Positions 12,643 to 24,445 of a DNA stretch of 64,000 bases are shown one piece after another. Source of the DNA: Octopus vulgaris. Its lineage: Eukaryota. Location of the stretch: NCBI GenBank assembly GCA_951406725.2, contig OX597818.1, forward strand, positions 105,090,001 to 105,154,000. The letters are read 5' to 3'. Position 1 is the stretch's first letter, and every line of letters starts with the position of its first letter. The notes beneath the pieces were generated by a model that saw nothing but the letters and a program-made list of their open reading frames with translations, had not been told where the DNA came from and searched no databases. The translations under genes and the position numbers were made by a program.

Positions 12643-13009
12643 AGACAGTCAGTCAGATAGATTTGTGAAAGAGACAGAGACACTCCAACGTAATGCTTGT
12701 TTGTATTACACTGCACTTCATTGCAATGCGATTGTACAATTTTGTTGATCTTATGGCAAGTTATTATTATCCTTATTATTATTGTTGTTGTTGATGTTGT
12801 TGTTGTTGGCACATGAAAATTGATTTGTCGTCTCTTCCATCTATTTATTCGTTTAGGTCGTTAGTATGATTTTTCTTTTTTTTTTTTGTATTTTCCTAAT
12901 TTACTTTTTGCACTTGTTTTTGAATCACATTGATTTATCGATTGATTTTGCAATGCTTTTATAGGAAGAGACTGCTCATCAATAAACCTACTTTCTTTTA
13001 ATAAGTATA

Positions 13010-13054
13010 GAAGCAGCAGTAGTATCCACAGCAGCAGCAGCAACAGCTGTAGTA

Positions 13055-13118
<64 letters not shown>

Positions 13119-13135
13119 CAGCAGCAGCAGCAGCA
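13010..13135. repeat. (AGT)n/(CAG)n microsatellite
   Basis: Seen directly. Confidence 0.95.
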
Positions 13136-13684
13136 TATTTTTCCATTAAGGTTTTTCAAATGTTAGGTAATTTATCAGACACGTAACAATACATGCATAC
13201 ACACACACGTGTGCACACACACATATACACAAACACACACACACACAAACACATATACAAATCTATATGCAGATACATATCCACAATTCTAAACATACAT
13301 AAAAAAAAACTATATACACAAACACACATACAAGAAAACTCCATTCTAACTGATTAACAAAGCTTATTGTTTGTTGTTATATAACAAATAGGTATGTGTA
13401 TACACACACACGCACACATCAATGGCAGCAGCAGCATTTAATGTCCACTTTTTCATGCTTGCATGGGTCAGATAGAATTTGTTGATGCAGATTTACTGCA
13501 GCTGGATGTCTTTCCTGTTGCCAACCCTCACTTGTATGGTGATATTTTCCCATAACTAGACAGGGCTTTTTTCAAAGAAACTGGAAATGAACAATCTTGC
13601 TTGTACGACAATGATGCTCATTTACAGCCATCGTGTGATGTACACACAAATACCTATACACACATACATACATACATACATATG

Positions 13685-13840
13685 ATGGGCTTCTTTCATC
13701 TTCCATCTACCAAATCCACTTACAAGGCTTGGTCAGCCATGGGCTATAGTAGAAGACACTTGTCCGAGATGCTGCACAATGGGACTGAATCCAAGACCAC
13801 ATAGACAGGAAGCAAGCTTCTTACCCACATAGCCTCACCT
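13685..13840 (-). mobile_element. SINE family A head
   Basis: Similar to the SINE A 5' region. Confidence 0.65.
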
Positions 13841-13891
13841 ATATATCATATATTATATATATGTGTACATTAAAATATACATATGTATTTA

Positions 13892-14167
13892 TCATCATCA
13901 TCATCATCGTCGTTTAACGTCTGCTTTCCATACTAGCATGGGTTGGACAATTTGACTGAGGTCTGGCGAACCAGATGTCTGCACCAAACTTCAATCTGAT
14001 CTGGCAGAGTTTCTACAGCTGGATGCCCTTCCTAACGCCAACCATTCCGAGAGTGTAGTGGGTGCTTTTACGTGCCACCTGCACAGTAGCTAGTCCAGAG
14101 GCACTGGCAACGACCTTGCTTGAATGTTTCTTTACATGCTACCAGCACAAGTGCTAGTAGGAAACGC
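13892..14167 (-). mobile_element. RTE 3' UTR fragment
   Basis: (CAT)n tail plus UTR; attaaaatatacatatgtattta occurs on both sides (13869 and 14188). Confidence 0.8.
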
Positions 14168-14218
14168 AGGTATTTATATATATATATATTAAAATATACA
14201 TATGTATTTATATATATA

Positions 14219-14420
14219 GTTAATCCAAACGTGAAGAGAAAACACAACAACGCGTGGACGTGGAACAAGTATAGTGTTATTGGACACTCAGGAAAGGAAA
14301 GAAAGAAGGAGGATTTAATGTTTTGAGCGGAACTCTTCGTCAGAAACATAGAAAAAGGAAAGGTCCAAGTAAGGGAAGACGGAGAAAGAAAATCGCCAAT
14401 GAAACACACGTGGTCACATA
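14219..14420 (-). mobile_element. Penelope pLTR-like fragment with decayed hammerhead (14313-14349)
   Basis: Minus strand: gttt-CTGACGA-a-gag-ttccg-ctc-AAAAC-ATT-aaat, two CpG transitions away from CGAAACGTT; a partial opposite-orientation relative lies at 30705-30803. Confidence 0.55.
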
Positions 14421-14664
14421 TATATATCATCATCATCATCGTTTAACGTCCGCTTTCCGCGCTAGCACGGGTTGGACGGTTCGACCGGGTCTGGGAAGCC
14501 AGGGGCCGCTCCAGGCTCCAGTCTGAATCTGGCAGAGTTTCTACGGCTGGATGCCCTTCCTAACGCCAACCACTCCGTGAGTGGATTGGGTGCTTTTTAC
14601 GTGCCACCTGCACAGGGGCCGGATGGTCCGGCATCGTCACGATCGGTTCGAGCATTTTAACGTG

Positions 14665-17600
14665 TCAGCGGCACGGGGGCAACGAGGTCCGGGGTACTTT
14701 GGGGATCGGGGTACTTTGGGGATCCAGGGTACTTTGGGGATCCGGGGTACTTAGAATGGGTAGGGGGTATGTGGAATTGCTGCAGAAAGCAGCCCGGGTC
14801 TTTGTAGTCACAGCATATCTCCAGAGATCTCGGTCCTTCGCCATTGCCTCAGTGAGGCCCAATGCTCTGAGGTCATGCTTGACAACCTCATCCCATGTCT
14901 TCCTGAGTCTACCTCTCCCCCTGATACCTTCAACTGTTTGGGAGTGGCACTTCTTCACACATCTCTCTTCATCCATCCGCAGCACATGACCATACCATCG
15001 CAAGCGTCGCTCTTGCACACCACATCTGATGCTTCTTATATCCAGCATTTCTCTCAGGATACTTACACTCTGTTTTGCGTGCACACTGACACTACACATC
15101 CAGCGGATCATGCTAGCTTCATTTCTTTCAAGTCTACGCATGTCTTCTGCAGTCACAGCCCATGTTTCATTACCGTGAAGCATGGCAGTTCGCACACATG
15201 CATCATACAATCTACCTTTTGCTCTGAGGGAGAGACCTTTTGTTGCCAGTAGGGGTAGGAGCTTTCTGAACTTTGCCCAGGCTATTCGTATTCTAGTGGT
15301 GATACTCTCTGTGCATCCACCTTCGCTACTAACTTGGTCACCCAGGTAGCGGAAACTATCAACTACTTCTAGTTTCTCTCCCTGGAGTGTGATGGAATCT
15401 ATTTTCTGAGTGTCTGTTGTGTCTATTGTCCCTGTGCATCTGCCGCACATGAAAGCTATCTTATCTGTTAATTTCCCTTTAATGTTGCTGCACCTCTTAT
15501 GTGTCCATAACTTACATTGGGTGCATCTTATGGAGTTTCTACCTGTACCTTTCCTACAGGTTGAGCAGGGCCACCTACCCGAGGGGATGTGTGCTGAGTA
15601 CCTCTTGCTGCTTACTAATACTTTGGTCTTTGCTACATTTATTCTAAGGCCCTTTGATTCCAACCCTTGCTTCCACACCCGAAATTTCTCTTCTAGTTCC
15701 GGTAGTGATTCTGCTATGAGAGCTAGGTCATCGGCATAGAGGAGCTCCCAGGGGCATCCCGTTTTGAATTCCTCTGTTATTGCCTGAAGGACTATGATGA
15801 ATAAAAGGGGACTGAGGGCTGAGCCCTGGTGCACACCTACTTCTACCCGGAATTCTTCACTATATTCGTTGCCAATCCTAACCTTGCTGACAGCCTCTCT
15901 GTATAGAGCCTGTACAGCCCTTATTAGCCATTCTTCAATCTCCAGTTTCCGCATCGACCACCAGATAAGGGAACGGGGAACCCTGTCAAAGGCTTTCTCC
16001 AAGTCTACAAAAGCTATGTAGAGGGGTTTATCTTTAGCTAGGTACTTCTCCTGCAGTTGTCGGACCAGGAATATAGCATCAGTGGTGCTTCTACCTGGTA
16101 CAAAACCGAACTGCATTTCATCTAAACAAATTCTCTCCCTAATGAGATTGGTTATGACCTTCTCTGAGACCTTCATCACCTGGTCCAACAGTTTGATACC
16201 TCTGTAGTTATTTCTATCTAGAGCATCACCCTTACCCTTGTAGCAGTTGACTATGGTGCTGCTGCACCAGTCATTGGGTATGACTCCATTGTGAACTACC
16301 TGGTTTACAATGCGGGTGACTATGGCATAGCCCACATAGCCAGCTGTTTTAAGCATCTCAGCAGTGATTCCTGATAGGCCAGGGGCTTTGCCTGGTTTCA
16401 TATCCTTAATTGCCTTATCTACAAGGGAGCTGTCTATTCGGGTAGCTGGTCCCTCTACTGGGTCAACATTTGGCAGGCTCTCCTCCTCCCATTCATTCTC
16501 CTCATTCAGCAGTCTTTCATAATGGCTTCTCCAAGCCTCTTTCTTTTCACTAGTAGTAAAAGCAAGTGCCCCATCATCCATGCGGACACATTTCTCTCCT
16601 ATAACATCGCTATTTTCTCTGACACACTGTCTGGCAATCCGAAATACTTCAGCTCTTTGATCCTCGCGACGCTGGACATTGGCAAACTTCTTCTTTTCTG
16701 CTACATCTTTGGCAATGTATACCTGCCGCCCAGCCTCCCTTTTGGCTATCTGGTACAGTTCCCTGCTGCCCCCATCCTTCCAGGCTTTCCAGGCCCGTCT
16801 CTTTTCACAGATGGCTTTATCTACTGCACTATTCCACCACCACGTAATTCTAGGTCTGGAAGGGACTTTGCACCATCCACAGACTTGGTCTGTGGCACTC
16901 AACAAGCTGTCCCGTAGGAATTCCCAGCTACCTTCTATGTCTGACGTCTGAAGCTCCTCCTCCCTCTCATCAAATTTCTTGATGAGTATGTCCCTAAATT
17001 TCTGACCATGCGAAGGGTTCTTTAGCCTCCAAATCCTTCTTTTCTGGATTGGTTTGTTTCTTGGAGTCCTTCTGGCCTCAAGCTTAAAGTCACTGATGAT
17101 TAGTCTATGCTGAGGGATACATTCTTCAACCGGGAGGGTCTTTGTATTCAAGAGCAACCCTGCATCCTGTTGTCTGGTGAGGATGAAGTCTATTTGGCTA
17201 GCGGAGTCTCCTGACTGATAAGTTATAAGGTGGCAGACTGGCTTCTTGAAGTTAGTGTTGCAGATTGAAAGGTTACATGCATCACAGAATTCCAGCAGTC
17301 TAGTTCCCTCATCATTTCTGGTGCCAGTACCATAGCCACCATGTACCCCAGTGAAGATACCCGATTCCCGCCCAACATGCCCATTAAAATCTCCACCTAC
17401 AAAGATGAGGTCCTTGTTACTAGTCTTTGAAGTAGCCTGCAGAAGGGTATCATAAAAGTTGTCCTTCTGATCATTTGGTAGTCCCGCTTGTGGGGCATAG
17501 GCTGAGATAATCATAGCTGTGCCACCCTGTAGGACCATCCTGAGCTTAAGCACTCTATCACAAACCCTGACAACCTCTATGACCTTATCCACCCATTCCT

Positions 17601-17784
17601 CCGCAAGGAGAATGCCTACACCCCCTACACCTTCCGCGTTACCTTGCCAGTAGAGTTTGTACCTAAGTGCCTTGCCCGTGAGGACCCTAGCCGAAGCATC
17701 TCTCCATCTTACCTCTTGTATGCAGCATACATCAAACTGTCTTCTCTCTAGCATCTCTACAATCTCACTAGACTTGCCTGTCAA
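14665..17784 (-). CDS. RTE ORF: APE endonuclease + reverse transcriptase + PHD-like zinc finger
   Basis: IQEVRW, SAYAPQ, GDFNGH and QIDFIL (APE); QFGF, DLEKAFD, GVHQGSALSP and YADD (RT); C-x2-C..C-x2-C-x4-H-x2-C..C-x2-C finger. The frame is open upstream to about 17953; the nearest ATG (17966) is one frame off. Confidence 0.95.
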   Translation of the reverse strand: MTGKSSEIVEMLERRQFDVCCIQEVRWRDASARVLTGKALRYKLYWQGNAEGVGGVGILLAEEWVDKVIEVVRVCDRVLKLRMVLQGGTAMIISAYAPQAGLPNDQKDNFYDTLLQATSKTSNKDLIFVGGDFNGHVGRESGIFTGVHGGYGTGTRNDEGTRLLEFCDACNLSICNTNFKKPVCHLITYQSGDSASQIDFILTRQQDAGLLLNTKTLPVEECIPQHRLIISDFKLEARRTPRNKPIQKRRIWRLKNPSHGQKFRDILIKKFDEREEELQTSDIEGSWEFLRDSLLSATDQVCGWCKVPSRPRITWWWNSAVDKAICEKRRAWKAWKDGGSRELYQIAKREAGRQVYIAKDVAEKKKFANVQRREDQRAEVFRIARQCVRENSDVIGEKCVRMDDGALAFTTSEKKEAWRSHYERLLNEENEWEEESLPNVDPVEGPATRIDSSLVDKAIKDMKPGKAPGLSGITAEMLKTAGYVGYAIVTRIVNQVVHNGVIPNDWCSSTIVNCYKGKGDALDRNNYRGIKLLDQVMKVSEKVITNLIRERICLDEMQFGFVPGRSTTDAIFLVRQLQEKYLAKDKPLYIAFVDLEKAFDRVPRSLIWWSMRKLEIEEWLIRAVQALYREAVSKVRIGNEYSEEFRVEVGVHQGSALSPLLFIIVLQAITEEFKTGCPWELLYADDLALIAESLPELEEKFRVWKQGLESKGLRINVAKTKVLVSSKRYSAHIPSGRWPCSTCRKGTGRNSIRCTQCKLWTHKRCSNIKGKLTDKIAFMCGRCTGTIDTTDTQKIDSITLQGEKLEVVDSFRYLGDQVSSEGGCTESITTRIRIAWAKFRKLLPLLATKGLSLRAKGRLYDACVRTAMLHGNETWAVTAEDMRRLERNEASMIRWMCSVSVHAKQSVSILREMLDIRSIRCGVQERRLRWYGHVLRMDEERCVKKCHSQTVEGIRGRGRLRKTWDEVVKHDLRALGLTEAMAKDRDLWRYAVTTKTRAAFCSNSTYPLPILSTPDPQSTLDPQSTPIPKVPRTSLPPCR
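14690..14752. repeat. 18-bp tandem repeat (ggggtactttggggatcc) at the RTE ORF end
   Basis: About 3.5 copies, encoding DPQSTL-like repeats. Confidence 0.85.
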
Positions 17785-18357
17785 TGTACCAACATTGATA
17801 GTGCCAACTCTGAAAACTGGGGAGGAGATGTGGGGGGGACGGGGGGATTCGGCGCCTGAGAAGAGGAGGGTTGTTGTGGTGGTGATAGTTTTCGTGGTAT
17901 TTTTCTTTTGATCTCTCTTCCAACCTGACCACGCCGTGGGCAGGAGCTGGTGTTAGCAGTGGACATTCGTTATCGTCACTGAGTAACGTAATTAGGTAGA
18001 GGAAAGAAATACAGATATTCTAGAGTTGAGTTGGGGAGGGGGGGGGTCCAGTTGAGGCGGGTAGTATAGGGGAGCAACCAGTGGGGAAGGTTGGGGTAAG
18101 GAGGAACTATGGCAGGAAGGATTGGTGTAGGTTCGTAAGAAATAAAAAACGTAGGATATTACGAGGCGGGAGGGTACTAAAAGGGGATGGTCGGATTGAG
18201 GCAGTGTCAGGAGGAAGCAAAGATCGGTGGGCAGTTGATGAGCTATGGCGCTAGCAGCTTGTCTTTTCACAGTGAAAGCATATGAGGAGAAAGGGTAGTG
18301 GGGGGAGGAGGAGGGAGTAGGGCGTATCCGGTGTAGATGGTGAGAACAGGGTATACT

Positions 18358-18511
18358 GGTATTGGTGGTGGGGGTGAGAACAGTGTTCACCGGTATTGGT
18401 GGTGGCGGTGAGAACAGTGTTCACCGGTATTGGTGGTGGGGGTGAGAACAGTGTTCACCGGTATTGGTGGTGGGGGTGAGAACAGTGTTCATCGGTATTG
18501 GTGGTGGGGGT
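18358..18511. repeat. 34-bp G-rich tandem repeat in the RTE 5' region
   Basis: ggtattggtggtgggggtgagaacagtgttcacc, about 4.5 copies. Confidence 0.9.
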
Positions 18512-18524
18512 GGGGGGCGGGCGC

Positions 18525-19381
18525 ACCGCCAATGGCGGAAAGATGGGAAAAGATAGGATTACGGCTTGAGGTAGCCTAAGGTTAAATTTTGTAGAGAGAG
18601 AGATAGGAAAGATAAATCAAGTTATGGCGAAGGCTTGAAAGTAGCCTAAAAGGTTAAATTTTCGTAGCGAATGAGATGGGTAAGACGAATCAAGTTATCA
18701 ATGTATGAATAAACGTAGTAACAACGAATAAAAATAGTAAGATAAATTTTTAAGAACTTGCTGCGGGCATCGACCGGGAGTTGAAATTGAAGAAGAAAGT
18801 AAGTTGAATTGGGAATTTAAATTGCAGAATCGTAATGGTAATGGCGATTTTCAAGTTTTAGCATAAGAAGAAGAAGAGGAGGAAAAAAAGACCGCCAATG
18901 GCGGAAAGATGGGAAAAGATAGGATTACGGCTTGAGGTAGCCTAAGGTTAAATTTTGTAGAGAGAGAGATAGGAAAGATAAATCAAGTTATGGCGAAGGC
19001 TTGAAAGTAGCCTAAAAGGTTAAATTTTCGTAGCGAATGAGATGGGTAAGACGAATCAAGTTATCAATGTATGAATAAACGTAGTAACAACGAATAAAAA
19101 TAGTAAGATAAATTTTTTTTAAGAACTTGCTGCGGGCATCGACCGGGAGTTGAAATTGAAGAAGAAAGTAAGTTGAATTGGGAATTTAAATTGCAGAATC
19201 GTAATGGTAATGGCGATTTTCAAGTTTTAGCATAAGAAGAAGAAGAGGAGGAAAAAAAGACCGCCAATGGCGGAAAGATGGGAAAAGATAGGATTACGGC
19301 TTGAGGTAGCCTAAGGTTAAATTTTGTAGAGAGAGAGATAGGAAAGATAAATCAAGTTATGGCGAAGGCTTGAAAGTAGCC
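18525..19381. repeat. ~367-bp tandem monomers (2.3 copies) at the RTE 5' end
   Basis: Units start at 18525, 18891 and 19260 and are nearly identical. Confidence 0.95.
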
Positions 19382-19547
19382 TTATATTAAAATATACATA
19401 AGTATTTATATATATATATATATATATTCATAAAACATACTATATATGCATTCATATATGTATATATATATATATGTACTGTTAGTAATAAAATAGAAGT
19501 ATTATTTCTAAATCTCTCCTCCAGGACAGCCACATTATATGTATATA

Positions 19548-20758
19548 TCCTCATCATCGTTTAATATCTGCTTTCCATGCTAGCATGGGTTGGACGATTT
19601 GACTGAGGACTGGCGAACCAGATGGCTGCACCAGGCTCCAATCTTGATCTGGCAGAGTTTCTACAGCTGGATGCCCTTCCTAATGCCAACCACTCCGAGA
19701 GTGTAGTGGTTGCATTTACGTGCCATCAGCTTGTGGGCCAGTCAGGTGGTACTGGCAATGGCCATGCTCAAATGGTGTTTTTTATTGCCACCTGCACAGG
19801 AGCCAGTCCAGCAGCACTGGCAATGACCTCACTTGAATGATTTTTTCACGTGCCACCGGTACAAGTGCCAATAAGGCGACACTGGTAACGCTCGAATGGT
19901 GCTTTTTACATGCCACCAGCATGGAAGCCAGTTAGCCGCTCTGGCAACGATCATGCTCGGATGGTGCTCTTAGCACTCCACTAGCACAGATGCCAGTCAT
20001 TAAATTTGATTTCGATTTCACTTGCCTCAACAGGTCTTCACAAGCAGAGTTTAGTGTCCAATGAAGGAAAGGTATGCATAAGTGGGCTGGTTACACCCCT
20101 GGCATAGGCCACAAGGTTATGGTCTCATTTGGCTTGCCGGGTCTTCTCAAGTACAGCATATTTCCAAAAGACTCGGTCACTAGTCATTGCCTCGGTGAGG
20201 CCTAATGTTCGAAGATCGTGCTTCACCACTTCATCCCAGGTCTTCCTGGGTCTACATCTTCCACAGGTTCCCTCAGCCGCTAGGGTGTGGCACTTTTTCA
20301 CACAGCTATCCTCATCCATTCTCGCCACATGACCATACCAGCGCAGTCGTCTGTCTTGCACACCACATCTGATGCTTCTTGGGTCCAACTTTTCTCTCAA
20401 GGTACTTACACTCTGTCAAGTATGCACACTGACATTACACATCCATCGGATCATACTGGCTTCATTCCTTGTGAGCTTACGCATGTCCTCAGCAGTCACA
20501 ACCCATGTTTCACTGCCATGTAGCATGGCTGTTCGTACACATGCGTCATACAGTTTACCTTTTACTCTGAGCGAGAGGCCCTTTGTCACCAGCAGAGGTA
20601 AGAGCTCTCTGAACTTTGCCCAGGCTATTCTTATTCTAGCAGCTACACTTTCAGCACACCCTCCCCCGCTACTGACTTGGTCACCTAGGCAATGGAACTT
20701 ATCAACTACTTCTAGTTTTTCTCCCTGAAATGTGGCGGAAGTTGTTCTCTGCATATTT
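19548..20758 (-). mobile_element. 5'-truncated RTE LINE
   Basis: ORFs 20416-20754 and 20125-20400 are similar to the RT C-terminus; 3' UTR and CAT tail present. Confidence 0.9.
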
Positions 20759-20827
20759 GTATGTATATAAGTAAATATTTACATATATCATTAATATGAT
20801 TTAAAATCTATTTTCCATGCTGGCATG

Positions 20828-20860
<33 letters not shown>

Positions 20861-20892
20861 TTTATTTAAAGTAGCAGAAAATTCAACAAAAT

Positions 20893-20930
20893 CTGTTACT
20901 CTGAGTTTCTCTTTGCCGTTCATCAGACAG
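20893..20930 (-). ncRNA. Minimal type I hammerhead (stem II damaged)
   Basis: ctgt-CTGATGA-acggcaaaga-GAAAC-TCAGA-GTA-acag, inside a ~110-bp island between two (TA)n runs. Confidence 0.6.
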
Positions 20931-20962
20931 TTTTTGTTAGAATGGAACTGATATATCAATTC

Positions 20963-21018
<56 letters not shown>

Positions 21019-21633
21019 TCATATCTTGGCACTATGGACTGAAAGGAGGGAACATCAGTCTGATGAAGCCAATTGTCCATAGGTACCAGCAGTAAGGTTA
21101 GTTTACATTAGGTGTGGTTAATATCAACAATTACATTACAAAAGACTGAAGTAAAATACAGTAGTGCTTTTAATCAAGCACACTATCCAACCTGACAGTG
21201 AAAAATAAATGTATACTGTAAATATACACTATAATACAGTAAATTCAACATTTTTAATTTAAAACCATGGATGGTGAAGAGGTGTTGATATGCCATGATT
21301 TTATCTGCTGCTTCCAAAATCCGTTAAAAGGAGGTCCATAGTATCAAGGTATGAGTATATATATATATGCGTGTGTGTGTGTGTGTGTGCACACACATAC
21401 ATAGAACAAAAGGATAGAAAGGTACACAACAGGTATCAACTCAGATTATTCAGATTATGATATAATCTATACGACATATATAGAAAACAAATGCATAAAG
21501 GAGTATAAATATCAAGAGATTAGTAAAAGTTCCACTATGGGAAGTTCTTAGTTTGGTAGGGAGAAGAAATATATCGCTGGTAAAAATCTTGTAAGTGAAA
21601 GAGAAGAAAAAAGCTGGGCATATTTTCACTTAC

Positions 21634-21737
21634 AGCTGTTTCAAGAATATTTGCATATTGGGAAAAAATGTAGATTTCTGCATGTTGTCTACATCCAAAA
21701 ATATTGTAGTACCCTATTTTGTCAGGCAGTTGGATAC
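21634..21737 (-). CDS. Internal coding exon of an unknown ~100-aa protein (host gene)
   Basis: ttctttgtcAG|...GCT|GTAAGT, 104 nt, one open frame (G)IQLPDKIGYYNIFGCRQHAEIYIFSQYANILETA, phase 1 to 0. Confidence 0.65.
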
Positions 21738-22479
21738 CTGACAAAGAATTTTGTCTATGTTAGCAAACAGCTGCTTGTCTGTTTTTGTATACTACAATGC
21801 ACAAATTACGAATAAAATACCATGCCACTAAAACATATGTAGCATGGATTGAACTACTATTGCTCAATCATCTCCTTTCTTATATATTTATGTTGGGTGT
21901 GTGAGTGTATAAAATACTAAAATTCAAATTCTGTTTCTCTGTATGTGTATTCATTGTTTTTCGATGAAACTACACACTGTAACAATAAAATGACTCAACA
22001 TTTCTTCTTCTAAACATAATTCCTTATGGATACAAAAAATTTAAGGGAACCTGATATAAGCCTCAACACAAAAGAATTTTGCTCATTATTATATTAATAC
22101 TTTCCAAAAATTTTTTACCATATATGAATAAAAAAACAAAATGAATACTCTAGTAGTACTAACACATCCACATACACATTTACATATAAGCACACATGCG
22201 CATACACACATATCCATACACCCACACATACAACAGTGATATTGACAGACTTTCTCAATAAAAAGAGGAAGATAATTAACATCAGTACAGACAGCTTTCA
22301 AGTGCTGTATGATATCACACAAATAGCACCAGTTAAGTAATGGCAAGAAAAATATACACATCAGCTAAATGAAAACATGAAGTTGATAACATCCTGCAGA
22401 TTGGTGGAAAAATCTTCAAGAGACACTCACTTCATGATGACTTCCCATATGAATCCAGATGTGTGGGACAAATGTATCT

Positions 22480-23035
22480 CAGCAAAAAACTGGAAGAACA
22501 CTTTGCATAACACAAAAATGTTATGCATAGATATATTTTCAGTAAACTTGTAGAGGATAACATTAACATGAAGTGTTGCCCTTTTTGAATTTGTGACCAT
22601 TAAATCATGTCACATCTCAATCCAAGAATAGTAAATAACTCAAAAATACCTAAAATACAAATGGAACAAATAAGGCCCTTAAACTTTCAAGATGCAACCA
22701 CGAAATATCCTATCTTTATGATTCTGGGAAAGTTGTTCACATCTGCAAAGTAGCTAATCTCTATGATAAAACATGATTTTTCTTTTCAGTTCCAAATAAC
22801 TATATCAGGCTTGTTATGCTTGCATTTAATTAATGGTTTGATGGGAATGTTCCATTAATATTTCTTTTGTTGCTATGTATAGATTCAATGGTAGAGGTGT
22901 TGTTTATATTTATCCAAAAGCAGTCTTTTCAGATGGCATTGTATACTGTTTTAGCAACAACACCATGCCACAATGGTAGCATCTCAATGACAATTTCTAG
23001 CAGCTACTAGTAACATGTTATGTCATTCATAGAAT
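22480..23035 (-). mobile_element. Degenerate R4/Dong-like (restriction-like endonuclease) LINE 3' region
   Basis: Minus strand reads KHNKPDIVIWN*KEKSCFIIEISYFADVN, with an upstream HVTSSC..HGVVAKTVYN zinc-knuckle remnant. Confidence 0.65.
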
Positions 23036-23104
23036 TAATAATGATAGAGTAATGACTGAAGTGAGCAGGGAGGGGAGGAGGGCACTATGTATGTATGTAT
23101 GTAT

Positions 23105-23650
23105 GTCAGGTCACTTTCGAGTGCTACTGGTAACATGTAACCCAGTACAACCTGTTGCATGGTCAGGTCGTCAGCGACTAACCCGACAACCCCACCTTGG
23201 TGAGGAGGGTGTTTATTGGACACCCTGTGGGATGAAAAACAAAACCCATCAAAGGGCAGAGGAACTCTTGAGAGTCAACGGACATCCAATAAATGTCTTA
23301 AGGCTGTATCATGCACGGGACATAGAAATAATCGGACTGAATACCCGATTGCACGGTTAAACCATTGGGAGTGAAGGACTCCTAGCCTTTGTTAGGGCAT
23401 CCTTCCAGGAGAAGGTAACTCAGGTAACTGGGATAATTCCGACATAAAATCTGCGGCTCAGTGGTTACCAATGATATTGACTTGTTCTTCTTTTCGGATT
23501 ATGGCTGCTGTTGCTTAGTGAGTAGGATTGACTCAGTGCACAGCCTTTCCTCACTTTAATAAAAAATCTTCTCGCACAGGTATTGCACGATAACAACACT
23601 GATTAAGCTTCATGCAATGGCAATACTCAATAACGGGGGGGGGAGCCACA
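23105..23650 (+). mobile_element. Repeat module embedded in (TATG)n, possibly the 5' end of a REL-type LINE
   Basis: Starts tatg|tcaggtcac...gagtgctact, as does the copy at 60135; (TATG)n on both flanks. Confidence 0.5.
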
Positions 23651-23704
23651 TGTATGTATATATGTATGTATGTATGTATGCATGTATGTATGTATGTATT
23701 ATTT

Positions 23705-24030
23705 TATTCTTTTACTTGTTTCAATCATTAAACTATGGCCATCAGGGCACAGCCTTGAATTTTTAGTCAAATGAATCAACCCCAGTACTTACGTTTAAGC
23801 CTAGTACTTATTCTGTTGATCTTTTTTGCTGAACCACTAAGTTACAGGGAAGCAAACACAGCAACAATAGTTCCCAGGTGGTGGTGGGGGACAACAAACA
23901 TAACACAAAGACACGCATATATAGATATACACACACGTATATATGCGACAGGCTTCTTTCAGTTTCTGTCTCCAAATGCACTCACAAAGCTTTGGTCAAC
24001 CCAAGCTTACAGTAGAAGACACTTACTTAA
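23705..24030 (-). mobile_element. SINE family A
   Basis: Similar to 33956-34340. Confidence 0.7.
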
Positions 24031-24277
24031 GGTATATATATATAAACAGACACAGATAGTTTGATAGATAGATTGATAGATAGATAGATAGATAGATAGA
24101 GGGAGAGAGAGAGAGAGAGAGAGAAATAGAAAGAGAGAGAGGAAGTAAATTCTAGATAACTTTATTTGGTCAGCCGGAACCAAAACTGGTTGAAACTATT
24201 TGTCGTCAGCTGGATTTACAGCTAACAAATAGATTCAACAAATTTGAATCCGGTTTATATATATATATATATATATA

Positions 24278-24445
24278 GGTGTGGGTGTGGCACTGGTACA
24301 GGCATAGTCATATGGTAAGAAGATTGCATCTGGGTTCAGTCCCTCTGTGGGGCACATTGCACAAGTGTCTCCTACAATAGCCTTGGGTCAACCTAACCTG
24401 TGTAAGTGGATTTTGGCAGATGGAAACTGAAAGAAGCCCATCATG
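24278..24445 (+). mobile_element. SINE family A head
   Basis: ggtaagaag..gggttcagtccc..caagtgtctcctac..gatggaaactgaaagaagcc. Confidence 0.65.

Larger units (their letters stand above)
14427..19381 (-). mobile_element. Near-full-length RTE-clade LINE with tandem-repeat 5' UTR
   Basis: (ATG)n tail at 14427-14440, 3' UTR, 1039-aa ORF and a ~1.4-kb 5' region with 34-bp and ~367-bp tandem repeats. Confidence 0.92.

Noticed and set aside
12861-13136. Poly-Leu ORF resembling a signal peptide
   Set aside because: (AGT)n/(CAG)n microsatellite
18358-18511. 34-bp repeats resembling a CRISPR array
   Set aside because: Tandem units without unique spacers, in a eukaryotic LINE context
21058-21100. Isolated CTGATGA
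   Set aside because: No matching GAAA or stems
24170-24232. Hammerhead-like CTGACGA motif on the minus strand
   Set aside because: GAAA missing and stems broken; at most a relic
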